In this document: in pieces, positions 1 to 7,978 of the stretch
Numbering within the stretch: position 1 is the stretch's first letter
Layout: the number at the start of each line of letters is the position of its first letter
Assembly (NCBI RefSeq): GCF_000020025.1
Contig: NC_010628.1
Span: 270,001 to 302,000, forward strand
DNA from: Nostoc punctiforme PCC 73102
GTDB lineage: Bacteria > Cyanobacteriota > Cyanobacteriia > Cyanobacteriales > Nostocaceae
Direction of reading: 5' to 3'
Length of the DNA stretch: 32,000 nt
Notes under the pieces: generated by a model
The model's database searches: none
The model's input: only the letters and a program-made list of their open reading frames with translations
What the model was told of the DNA's origin: nothing
Program-made: the position numbers and the translations under genes

Positions 1-74
1 ACGAGCAATTAAAAAATCCCCTAGAGGTCTGATATTAATACGACTCTAGTTATAAGTTGAAGAGGATAAAAAAG

Positions 75-908
75 ATGGTTCAAAGTATAGGCGGTATAGC
101 GAAATATTCAGCTACCGACCTAGACCGATTTGCTCAAGAACTGAATAAAGACGGAATTTGTGTCATTCCTGGTGTTTTTGAGCAAAAATTAATTGACGAG
201 TGGACACAAGCTTTTGAAAAATTATTTCACGAGCGTCAAAATCAACCAGGTGGGTTGGCTCCTCGTGAAATTTCCCGCTACTATCTGACCTTGCCTTGGA
301 TTTATCCATTCGCTAATGAATTGGTTTTTGCCAACCCAGTGATTATGGGTGTCCTAGAGCGCGTGTTTTTCCAAGAATACGTGATGGTTCAGATGGGGGT
401 TGATGTCCCATTTCAGGGTTCAGATTATCAGGAGATCCATCGGGATTTTCGCCCATTGTTTAGCGATGGGCTACGCCCCGCCGTAGGCGATCGCATTGTA
501 ACCCCACTTTACGCCCTAGCAGTTAACTTTCCCCTGGTGGAAGTAACCGCAGAAAACGGCCCGTTCCAAATGGCACGAGGTACTCATGTATTACCGCGAG
601 AAGAAGGATTAAAGAAGGTTGCTAGTGGTGAAATTCCGATGGAATCCTTTTATATGCAGCCTGGTGACGTGATGGTGCGATCGCCTTTAGCACTGCATCG
701 GGGTTCCCCAAATCGGACAAACCAGCCAAGACCTATGGTAGTCATGGGCTATGCAATGCATTGGTTGCACACACCAAAAGTAGAATTGACTCTCCAACAA
801 GACTACTATGAGAGCCTACCGGTGGAGATGAGACAGATGCTGCGGTGTCAGGTAGTTGAACAGTTACCTAAAGAAAAACTTGAAACTTATGTAAATTTCA
901 AGTATTAG
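75..908 (+). CDS. Fe(II)/2-oxoglutarate dioxygenase, phytanoyl-CoA dioxygenase (PhyH) family
   Basis: ORF 57..908 starts at a TTG in the track. The ATG at 75 is preceded by AAGAGGA (60-66). The translation has an HxD motif (QEIHRDF) and a distal His (LALHRGSPNRT), typical of the PhyH-type 2-His-1-carboxylate facial triad. Confidence 0.75.
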   Translation: MVQSIGGIAKYSATDLDRFAQELNKDGICVIPGVFEQKLIDEWTQAFEKLFHERQNQPGGLAPREISRYYLTLPWIYPFANELVFANPVIMGVLERVFFQEYVMVQMGVDVPFQGSDYQEIHRDFRPLFSDGLRPAVGDRIVTPLYALAVNFPLVEVTAENGPFQMARGTHVLPREEGLKKVASGEIPMESFYMQPGDVMVRSPLALHRGSPNRTNQPRPMVVMGYAMHWLHTPKVELTLQQDYYESLPVEMRQMLRCQVVEQLPKEKLETYVNFKY

Positions 909-937
909 TAGTTGAAATTAGTCACTTCTCGCTTTCG

Positions 938-992
938 TGAGGTATAAGGTAGGGACGCACAGATGCACGTCCCTACAAATTTCTGTACCTCA
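938..992. repeat. Nested inverted repeat just after the PhyH stop; likely terminator or Nostoc-type palindromic repeat
   Basis: Inner perfect 9-bp stem gtagggacg (949-957) pairs with cgtccctac (968-976). Outer arms are tgaggta (938-944) and tacctca (986-992). Confidence 0.55.
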
Positions 993-1227
993 TGTACTAG
1001 GAACAGCTGATAAATTTATTTTCTCTTTGGTTATAACGATAGTGAAGTTATTGTAACTATTAGTAAATATTAAGCTAGATTGTGCTTTTACTTACCAATT
1101 TTAAGCATTTTTTTAAAACTTTATTAAAAAAGTTATACAACTAGTTCTACCTAAGGATAGGAAATCTCCGAGGAACTGAAAGCTATTATTTTATTAAAAT
1201 AACCTATCAAATAAGGTAAAAATTTTT

Positions 1228-1464
1228 ATGACATCACAAACTCCTCCAGATAGCCGACAAGATGAAGTTAAATACGATCCTCAAGATAACCCTGGAACCC
1301 AAACAACTGTGCCAACTACAGAAGAGGGTGATACTCCTCTTGATGAAAGATATCGGATGACTGGTCAAGAATCAGGTACAGATGTTCATCATGGTGCTGA
1401 ATCTGAAGCACCTGGAGGTGCTAAGTCACCTGGCCATCCTAATCAAGGAACGGACTCTCGTTAA
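1228..1464 (+). CDS. Small hydrophilic, low-complexity (probably disordered) protein, 78 aa
   Basis: The ORF has an ATG start. It is rich in P/T/Q/D/E/G, has no hydrophobic segment, and is followed by a strong hairpin at 1569-1603. I recognise no family. Confidence 0.4.
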   Translation: MTSQTPPDSRQDEVKYDPQDNPGTQTTVPTTEEGDTPLDERYRMTGQESGTDVHHGAESEAPGGAKSPGHPNQGTDSR

Positions 1465-1568
1465 AAAGGTTCTTGCATCTAATCAAGATGAATGTTCATT
1501 TTTGTCATTGCAAGATTTAATTTTTCTAAAGTTTGCCGCAATTTATCCTAAACTTAGAATCAATCTTT

Positions 1569-1610
1569 CCAGCTTAAAATTTTTTATCTAAATTTTAAGC
1601 TGGTTCGCTT
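1569..1610 (+). terminator. Rho-independent terminator candidate
   Basis: Perfect 13-bp inverted repeat ccagcttaaaatt (1569-1581) and aattttaagctgg (1591-1603) with a 9-nt loop, followed by a T-rich tract (ttcgctttattt). Confidence 0.5.
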
Positions 1611-1651
1611 TATTTGAAAAAACTCCACAGTTTTAATATTTATCAAAAAAA

Positions 1652-1679
1652 GCAGAGGACAGGAGGCAGGAGGCAGAAG
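1652..1679. repeat. STRR-like heptamer tandem repeat (GCAGGAG-like, about 4 units)
   Basis: The sequence reads gcagagg acaggag gcaggag gcagaag directly. Confidence 0.6.
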
Positions 1680-1867
1680 AAATACTGCACCAAATTAAAA
1701 ATTTGGTGGCTACCGTTAAGTACAATGCTGAATCCCCTTCTAAGCGGAACCTCCTACTTTCTGCCTCCTTAAATTCACCCTTTTGCTGCTACCTTGCTTT
1801 AGTTAACTTTGCTGCTCTAGAATTTATTAACTTCACATTTGGCGATCGCAATATTTACAGAATTGAA

Positions 1868-2884
1868 ATGCAAACTTATACTAATCCAGTCTACAAAGGT
1901 TATTTTGCCGACCCTTTTGTTTGGCAACACGAAGGGGTATATTATGCAATCGGCACTGGCGCAGCAGAAGCAGAAGGAACGGTAGATGAAATACCGGATG
2001 CAGCAAATATTAACTCCAATAACAAATCGCGTGTCTTTCCTCTGTTACGCTCTTTCGACTTTGTAAACTGGGATTATGTTGGTAACGCACTATTGCGGCC
2101 AGATCCAGCCCTTGGCGATAATTTTTGGGCCCCCGAAGTTGCTTACTGCAATCGCCAGTTTTATCTCTACTACTCAGTGGGACATGAAGACAAGAATCAT
2201 CAGTTACGTGTGGCTACAAGCGATACTCCATTAGGCCCTTATCAAGATATTGGTGAGTCACTTGTAGATCCAAAATCTTGTCCTTTTGCGATCGATCCAC
2301 ACCCATTCCGGGATGACGATGGACAATGGTATTTGTTTTACGCCCGTGACTTTCTGGATACATCGGATAGAGCGCGTGCTGGCACAGCATTAGTTGTAGA
2401 TAAACTCCAAAGCATGACTAAGCTTGTTGGTGAAGGGAAAGTGGTTTTACGTGCGCGATCCGATTGGCAACGGTTTTTAGCCAACCGTTTGATGTACGGT
2501 GAAATTTATGATTGGCATACTTTAGAAGGTCCTTGCGTTCGTAAGCATGAAGGGAAATACTACTGCTTTTATAGTGGTGGACGTTGGGAAACTGATAACT
2601 ATGGTGTAGATTATGGCGTTGCTGACAACGTGATGGGGCCTTACTCTGATGCAGGTAACGAAACCGGGCCACGGGTGCTAAAGTCTGTTCCTAATTTTGT
2701 TAGAGGGCCGGGACATAACTCTATTGTTCTTGGGCCAGATGGTAAGACTGAGTATGTTGTTTACCATGCTTGGACGGAAAATATGGATATGCGGCAAATC
2801 TGTTTAGATATGCTGATCTGGAAACCAGAAGGGCCATGTTGCAATGGCCCTACCTGGACACCGCAGACTATCAGCAACTATTGA
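1868..2884 (+). CDS. Glycoside hydrolase family 43 (beta-xylosidase/arabinofuranosidase-like five-bladed propeller)
   Basis: The ORF is open from 1703, but that upstream part is low-complexity and runs just downstream of the heptamer repeat (1652-1679). The ATG at 1868 begins MQTYTNPVYKGYFADPFVW. Motifs NFWAPEV, YLYYS, YLFYARD and GGRWE are characteristic of GH43. Confidence 0.8.
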   Translation: MQTYTNPVYKGYFADPFVWQHEGVYYAIGTGAAEAEGTVDEIPDAANINSNNKSRVFPLLRSFDFVNWDYVGNALLRPDPALGDNFWAPEVAYCNRQFYLYYSVGHEDKNHQLRVATSDTPLGPYQDIGESLVDPKSCPFAIDPHPFRDDDGQWYLFYARDFLDTSDRARAGTALVVDKLQSMTKLVGEGKVVLRARSDWQRFLANRLMYGEIYDWHTLEGPCVRKHEGKYYCFYSGGRWETDNYGVDYGVADNVMGPYSDAGNETGPRVLKSVPNFVRGPGHNSIVLGPDGKTEYVVYHAWTENMDMRQICLDMLIWKPEGPCCNGPTWTPQTISNY

Positions 2885-3360
2885 AGATTTTGCGATACAT
2901 TAACACCGCTCACTTTCGCTGGTATAACAACGCTATAGTAGCCAGCTGCGATCGCAGCTAATGCATTAAGCAAAACATTAGCGCCGAACAATGGCATTAA
3001 ACCGAAAAATGTCTTACCCAAAGGCAATAATCCGATGATGGCTAGCAAGGCATAAGAAACTGCAAAACCACGATTGAATAGACGCGCAGTGGTAGTGTTG
3101 TTGTAAGAAGTAATTCCTAATAATCCTACGGCGCAACGTACAATGTTATGCAAAAAATTGGTGGGAATTGCGCCAAAGATATAACCAAAACCCGCAGAAT
3201 AAGCACCAGCAGATTCATCAAGTGGAACAAAAGATTCGCTCGTTCCTGGTAATGAAACCAAGGCTGGTACAAATCCAGCTAAACCTAAAAGTAAATAAGT
3301 GATTCCGATAGCCAAAGCAATGTAACGCTCGATCATTTTTGCCTGATTAATGTTTTCCAT
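2878..3360 (-). CDS. DUF4383-like small membrane protein (4 predicted TM helices)
   Basis: 160-aa ORF with four hydrophobic helices and the motif LLLGLAGFVP. It is convergent with the GH43 gene and its 3' end overlaps it by 7 nt. Confidence 0.7.
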   Translation of the reverse strand: MENINQAKMIERYIALAIGITYLLLGLAGFVPALVSLPGTSESFVPLDESAGAYSAGFGYIFGAIPTNFLHNIVRCAVGLLGITSYNNTTTARLFNRGFAVSYALLAIIGLLPLGKTFFGLMPLFGANVLLNALAAIAAGYYSVVIPAKVSGVNVSQNLQ

Positions 3361-3660
3361 CTTTTTTCTCTTGGTAAGTGTGTAGATGTTTACAAAATAG
3401 TAACCGCTAGCTAAGAAATCATGAGAATCTAATTTATTAATAGATATAAATAGATTGCTTCTAGCTGGTTAAATGTCTAAACACAATATTTATCATTCAA
3501 CTTTTTCTTTCATGTATTTCACTCTATCAAAAGTAATGAATACTATCTTAAGTAGGGCTTAGAAGTTGGGCTGATTTAGTTTTTATGCTTCTCTTATTTT
3601 AAGAAAAATTTCCTAATCAATTATTTGTATTTTTGTCATATTCCGTTACTTCAGCAACTT

Positions 3661-3924
3661 CTATAAATGGTATTTTTGTTCATGGTTTAGCATTTTATTT
3701 TGAGGAAAATTATTTAAGGGTGAATAGATATCTACCTCATATAACCAAATCATAGTCTCATAACCAACTCGACCCATTTCTGGCTCTAAACCCATAGGCA
3801 TCTCTAGCAAATAAACCCAGCTACCTGACTGAGGGCGGTAATTTTTGATGATGCCTTCTCCGCCGATAAACTCTACCTTTTGACCGCTACGAAACTTAGG
3901 CGCTGACAAAACAATTGCATTCAT
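3661..3924 (-). CDS. Hypothetical small soluble protein, 87 aa
   Basis: ATG-initiated ORF with normal composition. No family recognised. Confidence 0.45.
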   Translation of the reverse strand: MNAIVLSAPKFRSGQKVEFIGGEGIIKNYRPQSGSWVYLLEMPMGLEPEMGRVGYETMIWLYEVDIYSPLNNFPQNKMLNHEQKYHL

Positions 3925-4057
3925 TACTCGTTATTCCTTCGACGAATATAGGACTCATCTTTGATTATTGAAAAAATTCTCTATAGCTCAAAGAGGTTTC
4001 TTTACTGTTTCCTATTGCCTACTTTCTGTTGTCTTCTTGCGCGAACAGAAATCAAAG

Positions 4058-4120
4058 ACGCTCGATAGCGTAGCGTTAGCGACGCAGGAGCGTCTGACTC
4101 GCTACCGCTTCGCTATCGGA
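4058..4120. repeat. Nostoc-type small dispersed palindromic repeat
   Basis: Arms cgatagcgtagcg (4063-4075) and cgcttcgctatcg (4107-4119) pair with one mismatch. They flank an inner hairpin gacgc-agga-gcgtc (4081-4094). Confidence 0.55.
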
Positions 4121-4329
4121 TTGCTATAGGGTGATAACTAACGTTGTAGCTAATATAAAACTTATGATTATCTGTCACAGGTTTCAATGTATTCTCTGTC
4201 AGCCGTTTTAAGATTAAGTTTGAGTTTTTATACCTAAAGTTATAATTTTAATTGAACAAATTAAATCTTTCAGAGTAAAAAGCTTCCAGCACTACCTACC
4301 TAGTTATTTGAAAACTCTGAGATAGAAAA

Positions 4330-4362
4330 AAGCGATCGCTCCATCATTAGAAGCGATCGCTT
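4330..4362. repeat. Double-HIP1 hairpin
   Basis: Two copies of the self-complementary agcgatcgct (4331-4340 and 4352-4361), 11 nt apart, can form a 10-11 bp stem. Confidence 0.45.
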
Positions 4363-5059
4363 GAGGTTTATGAATTGAATTACAACTAATGTTACACACA
4401 GTCAAAAGGCTTTTACCCTACCCAAGGTTGAGAGAACAGATATATCATCAGGGTGAAAATTATAATACTTGTTTCTAATAAACTAACAATAAAAGAAATT
4501 ACTTCATTTACTATGGTTTACAAAATAATTATTACAGCAATATGTATTAAGCATAACAAATCAATAGATTATTTGTAAAAAAAAAACACTATTTGATACT
4601 TAAAAATAGTCAATTTATATATACTCTTAGGTTTAAATATTTAATATGAATAAAAAAGTAAGATAATAAATAAACTGAGTTTATTAATTTTAATCTTAAA
4701 GATAATTGTTTTAATGAGCTTGTGTACGAAATCGAACAGACAAACACAACTATATTTGCATAAGCTTAGAAATCACAATTGCGTTACATAAATTAATATT
4801 TACTTATTAGATTTTAGATATTTATAAAAAAATAGTGCTTAAGACTTAATAAGAAAGCAACTTTATATTTATTTGGGTAGATGAAAGAAATAGATATAAA
4901 ACAGTACATTGTTATTAATGCAACCAAGTATTTATTATACCAATTCGATATTGAAAAGCAGCAAAATATGTTGCAAGCTTTTGTATGAAAGTAAGCTTGG
5001 TGCTGTCTTAGAAAGAAAAGGTATTAGCGTTTAGCTAGTCAGAATTAATAATTTAAATA

Positions 5060-7510
5060 ATGAGACGAACTATGACAAGTGAAAAATCTCAAGTCAAAAA
5101 CAACGGTGTCAGCAATGTTATTTCGCCGAAGCAGCGTAAAACAAAGCGATCGCAGTTAGCCCAAACGCAATCATCGAGTCCGTCACGGTTGAATTTAACT
5201 TCGTCTAGCAAAAAAGTTCAATCAACAGAAACCTTTAAAGACACACCTGATATAGTTTGTTTATCTCATTTGCGTTGGAATTTCGTTTATCAAAGACCGC
5301 AACATCTTCTGAGTCGCTGCGCCCAAGGAAAGCGAGTGTTCTTTATTGAGGAGCCAATTTTCTCTGAAGAACCCTTGGCAAGCTTAGATATAAACGAAGA
5401 TTCTAATGGAGTAGTTGTGGTTGTGCCACACCTACCACAAGGTTTAAGTGAAGAAGCAATCAACGCAGACTTAAAACTACTAATAGATAGTTTGTTTGCA
5501 GAGCATAACATCAACAAATACATTTGTTGGTATTACACACCAATGGCGATCGCTTTTACCCGCCACTTGCAACCCCAAGCCGTGGTGTATGATTGCATGG
5601 ATGAATTGTCTGCATTCCAAGGCGCATCACCCACTTTAAAGAATTACGAAGCCGAATTATTCAGCCGTGCAGACTTAGTATTTACAGGCGGACAAAGCCT
5701 TTACGAAAGTAAGGTAAACCAGCACCCCAACGTTTATGCCTTTCCCAGCAGTGTAGATGTCGCCCACTTTGGACAGGCGAGAAATGTTCAAGAACCAGAA
5801 GATCAAGCTCATATTCCTCATCCTCGCCTTGGGTTCTTTGGTGTAATTGACGAACGGATGGATATTGAACTGCTTGCTGGTATTGCCGAAGCCCGTCCCG
5901 ACTGGCATTTAGTAATTATTGGGCCAGTTGTCAAAATCGATCCAGCAAATCTGCCACAGCATGAAAATATCCATTATCTCGGTGGCAGAGATTATAAACA
6001 ACTACCTGCCTATTTAGCAGGCTGGGACTTAGCAATGTTGCCCTTTGCGCGTAACGAGTCAACACGTTTTATTAGCCCTACCAAAACTCCAGAGTATCTT
6101 GCCGCAGGTAGACCTGTAGTATCTACCTCAATTCGAGATGTAGTGCGTCCTTACGGAGAGTCAAAACTGGTACGCATTGCAGATACAGTTTCTGAGTTTG
6201 TTACCGCCGCAGAACTTGCAATGCAAGAAGATACCCCAGCCTCAGAATGGTTGAGTCGAGTAGATGTCTTTTTAGAAAAGATTTCTTGGGATCGCACTTG
6301 GGCATCAATGATGAAGCTGATTGACTCTGCCATTGCAGCCCGTGATGGTGAAGACAAAGCTAACTCCACAGGTGCGGCTGGTAAACAAGCACCAAATATC
6401 ATTACCAGAGATTTTGTCTTCGATTACTTGGTTGTCGGCGCTGGTTTTTCTGGTAGCGTCATTGCTGAACGTTTGGCAACTCAGTCTGGTAAAAAAGTGC
6501 TGGTTGTAGACAAGCGCAACCACATAGGCGGTAATGCCTACGATCATTATGACGATCATGGCGTTCTCGTACACAAATACGGTCCCCACATCTTTCACAC
6601 CAACTCCCGCGAAGTTTTTGAATACCTCTCGCGCTTTACTAAGTGGCGGTCTTACGAACATCGCGTCCTTGCCAGCGTAGACGGGCAGCTTGTTCCGATT
6701 CCGATCAACCTCGACACCATCAATAAGCTGTATGGCATGAATCTCAATTCATTTGAGGTGGAGGAGTTTTACAAATCCCTTGCTGAACCAATGGAATACA
6801 TCCGTACTAGTGAGGATGTGGTGGTAAGCAAAGTTGGTCGAGAACTGTATGAAAAGTTTTTCCGAAATTATACGCGCAAGCAATGGGGACTTGACCCATC
6901 AGAACTTGACAAATCAGTAATTGCCAGAATTCCCACACGGACTAATCGTGACGATCGCTATTTTACCGATAGCTACCAAGCAATGCCACTGCATGGCTTT
7001 ACCCGGATGTTCGAGAATATGCTCAATCACCCGAACATCAAGGTAATGCTCAACACTGATTATCAGGAAATCCAAAAAGCTATACCTTGCCGCGAGATGG
7101 TTTACTCTGGGCCTGTTGACGAATACTTTGATTATCGTTACGGCAAATTACCATATCGCTCGCTTGATTTCAAGCATGAGACGCACAACACGACTGTGTT
7201 TCAAAAAGCGCCAGTAATTAACTATCCCAATGAACAGCTTTATACTCGTGTGACAGAGTTTAAATACTTAACTGGTCAAGAACACTCTAAAACTAGTATT
7301 GTTTATGAGTTTCCCAAAGCTGAGGGAGACCCTTATTATCCTGTACCGCGTTCTGAAAATCAGGAAATTTACAAGAAATACAAGGTGCTGGCAGATGAAA
7401 CTCCAGGGATCTATTTTGTAGGACGATTAGCGACCTACAAATACTACAACATGGATCAATGTGTTGCTCAAGCTCTGTCTGTGTACAAACAAATTGCGGT
7501 TAAGGCTTAA
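5060..7510 (+). CDS. glf: Two-domain fusion: N-terminal GT-B (GT4-like) glycosyltransferase plus C-terminal UDP-galactopyranose mutase (Glf)
   Basis: 816-aa ORF. Residues 1-60 are an S/Q/K-rich low-complexity leader. Residues about 60-440 look like a GT-B glycosyltransferase (DIVCLSHLRWNFVYQRPQHL; C-terminal SPTKTPEYLAAGRPVVST). Residues about 455-816 carry the classical UGM motifs: DYLVVGAGFSGSVIAERLA, GGNAYD, YGPHIFHTN, YTRKQWG, RDDRYFTD, KLPYRSLDF, GDPYYPV and GRLATYKYYNMDQ. Confidence 0.85.
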   Translation: MRRTMTSEKSQVKNNGVSNVISPKQRKTKRSQLAQTQSSSPSRLNLTSSSKKVQSTETFKDTPDIVCLSHLRWNFVYQRPQHLLSRCAQGKRVFFIEEPIFSEEPLASLDINEDSNGVVVVVPHLPQGLSEEAINADLKLLIDSLFAEHNINKYICWYYTPMAIAFTRHLQPQAVVYDCMDELSAFQGASPTLKNYEAELFSRADLVFTGGQSLYESKVNQHPNVYAFPSSVDVAHFGQARNVQEPEDQAHIPHPRLGFFGVIDERMDIELLAGIAEARPDWHLVIIGPVVKIDPANLPQHENIHYLGGRDYKQLPAYLAGWDLAMLPFARNESTRFISPTKTPEYLAAGRPVVSTSIRDVVRPYGESKLVRIADTVSEFVTAAELAMQEDTPASEWLSRVDVFLEKISWDRTWASMMKLIDSAIAARDGEDKANSTGAAGKQAPNIITRDFVFDYLVVGAGFSGSVIAERLATQSGKKVLVVDKRNHIGGNAYDHYDDHGVLVHKYGPHIFHTNSREVFEYLSRFTKWRSYEHRVLASVDGQLVPIPINLDTINKLYGMNLNSFEVEEFYKSLAEPMEYIRTSEDVVVSKVGRELYEKFFRNYTRKQWGLDPSELDKSVIARIPTRTNRDDRYFTDSYQAMPLHGFTRMFENMLNHPNIKVMLNTDYQEIQKAIPCREMVYSGPVDEYFDYRYGKLPYRSLDFKHETHNTTVFQKAPVINYPNEQLYTRVTEFKYLTGQEHSKTSIVYEFPKAEGDPYYPVPRSENQEIYKKYKVLADETPGIYFVGRLATYKYYNMDQCVAQALSVYKQIAVKA

Positions 7511-7512
7511 AT

Positions 7513-7582
7513 AATTCGTAATGGGCTTTTCTGCGAGACGCTAAAAGCGAATGCCCCGCTACGCTAACGTAATTCGTAATTA
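7513..7582. repeat. Small dispersed repeat bounded by direct aattcgtaat copies, just after a stop codon
   Basis: aattcgtaat occurs at 7513-7522 and 7571-7580, flanking gccccgctacgctaacg. A shorter copy of the same element lies at 15189-15235. Confidence 0.65.
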
Positions 7583-7600
7583 AGACTGCTCTGTATTTAG

Positions 7601-7782
7601 TAGGGTGCGTTATGGACATTAGGGCATCTTTTCAAACTACTCGTTTAGCCTCTTAATTTTTTAGATCCCCCTAAATCCCCCTTTTTAAGGAGGACTTTAA
7701 GAGATGAGATTCTTAGCCCCCCTTTTGAAGGGGGGTTGGGGGGATCTAAGACTTTGAAAATACGCCCTAGTCCTAACACACC
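7601..7782. mobile_element. MITE-like nested palindromic element, non-coding
   Basis: The left end tagggtgcgttatggacattagggc is roughly the reverse complement of the right end gccctagtcctaacacacc. An inner pair is ttagatccccctaaatccccc versus ggggggttggggggatctaag. No transposase ORF is present. Confidence 0.55.
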
Positions 7783-7790
7783 AAAAATCT

Positions 7791-7925
7791 AGGATGGTGC
7801 GTTAGCCTCCGGCATAACACAATGCCAGTTGCTACAACGGAGAGAACCTCCCTTCGGGTTCACCAGTCGCCTACGGCGGGAAACCCGCCTACAGCGCTGG
7901 ATTCACCGCAACGCACTGGCTCCCT
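7791..7925. repeat. GC-rich structured dispersed-repeat-like element
   Basis: Contains the hairpin ggcggg-aaa-cccgcc and flanking imperfect inverted arms gccagttgc and gcaacgcactggc. Its composition differs sharply from the surrounding spacer. Confidence 0.4.
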
Positions 7926-7978
7926 TACAAAACTTAAAAAGAACGCATCAAATAAAATATCAGCTTGAGTTGTAAATT

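Noticed and set aside
1382-1591. 69-aa ORF overlapping the end of the 78-aa gene and running into the terminator hairpin.
   Set aside because: It overlaps a better candidate in another frame. Its sequence is hydrophobic and AT-driven and it ends inside the inverted repeat, so it is likely spurious.
2770-2961. 63-aa plus-strand ORF spanning the GH43 and DUF4383 convergent junction.
   Set aside because: It overlaps two well-supported genes in other frames or strands, and has no motifs.
4900-4945. Possible NtcA box (GTA-N8-TAC) in the leader of the GT-UGM gene, seen as gtatttattatac.
   Set aside because: The spacing is N7 rather than N8, and it lies in very AT-rich DNA where such matches arise by chance.
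4881-4985. 34-aa ATG ORF in the long AT-rich leader upstream of the GT-UGM gene.
   Set aside because: It is very short, with AT-driven composition, no SD and no recognisable family.
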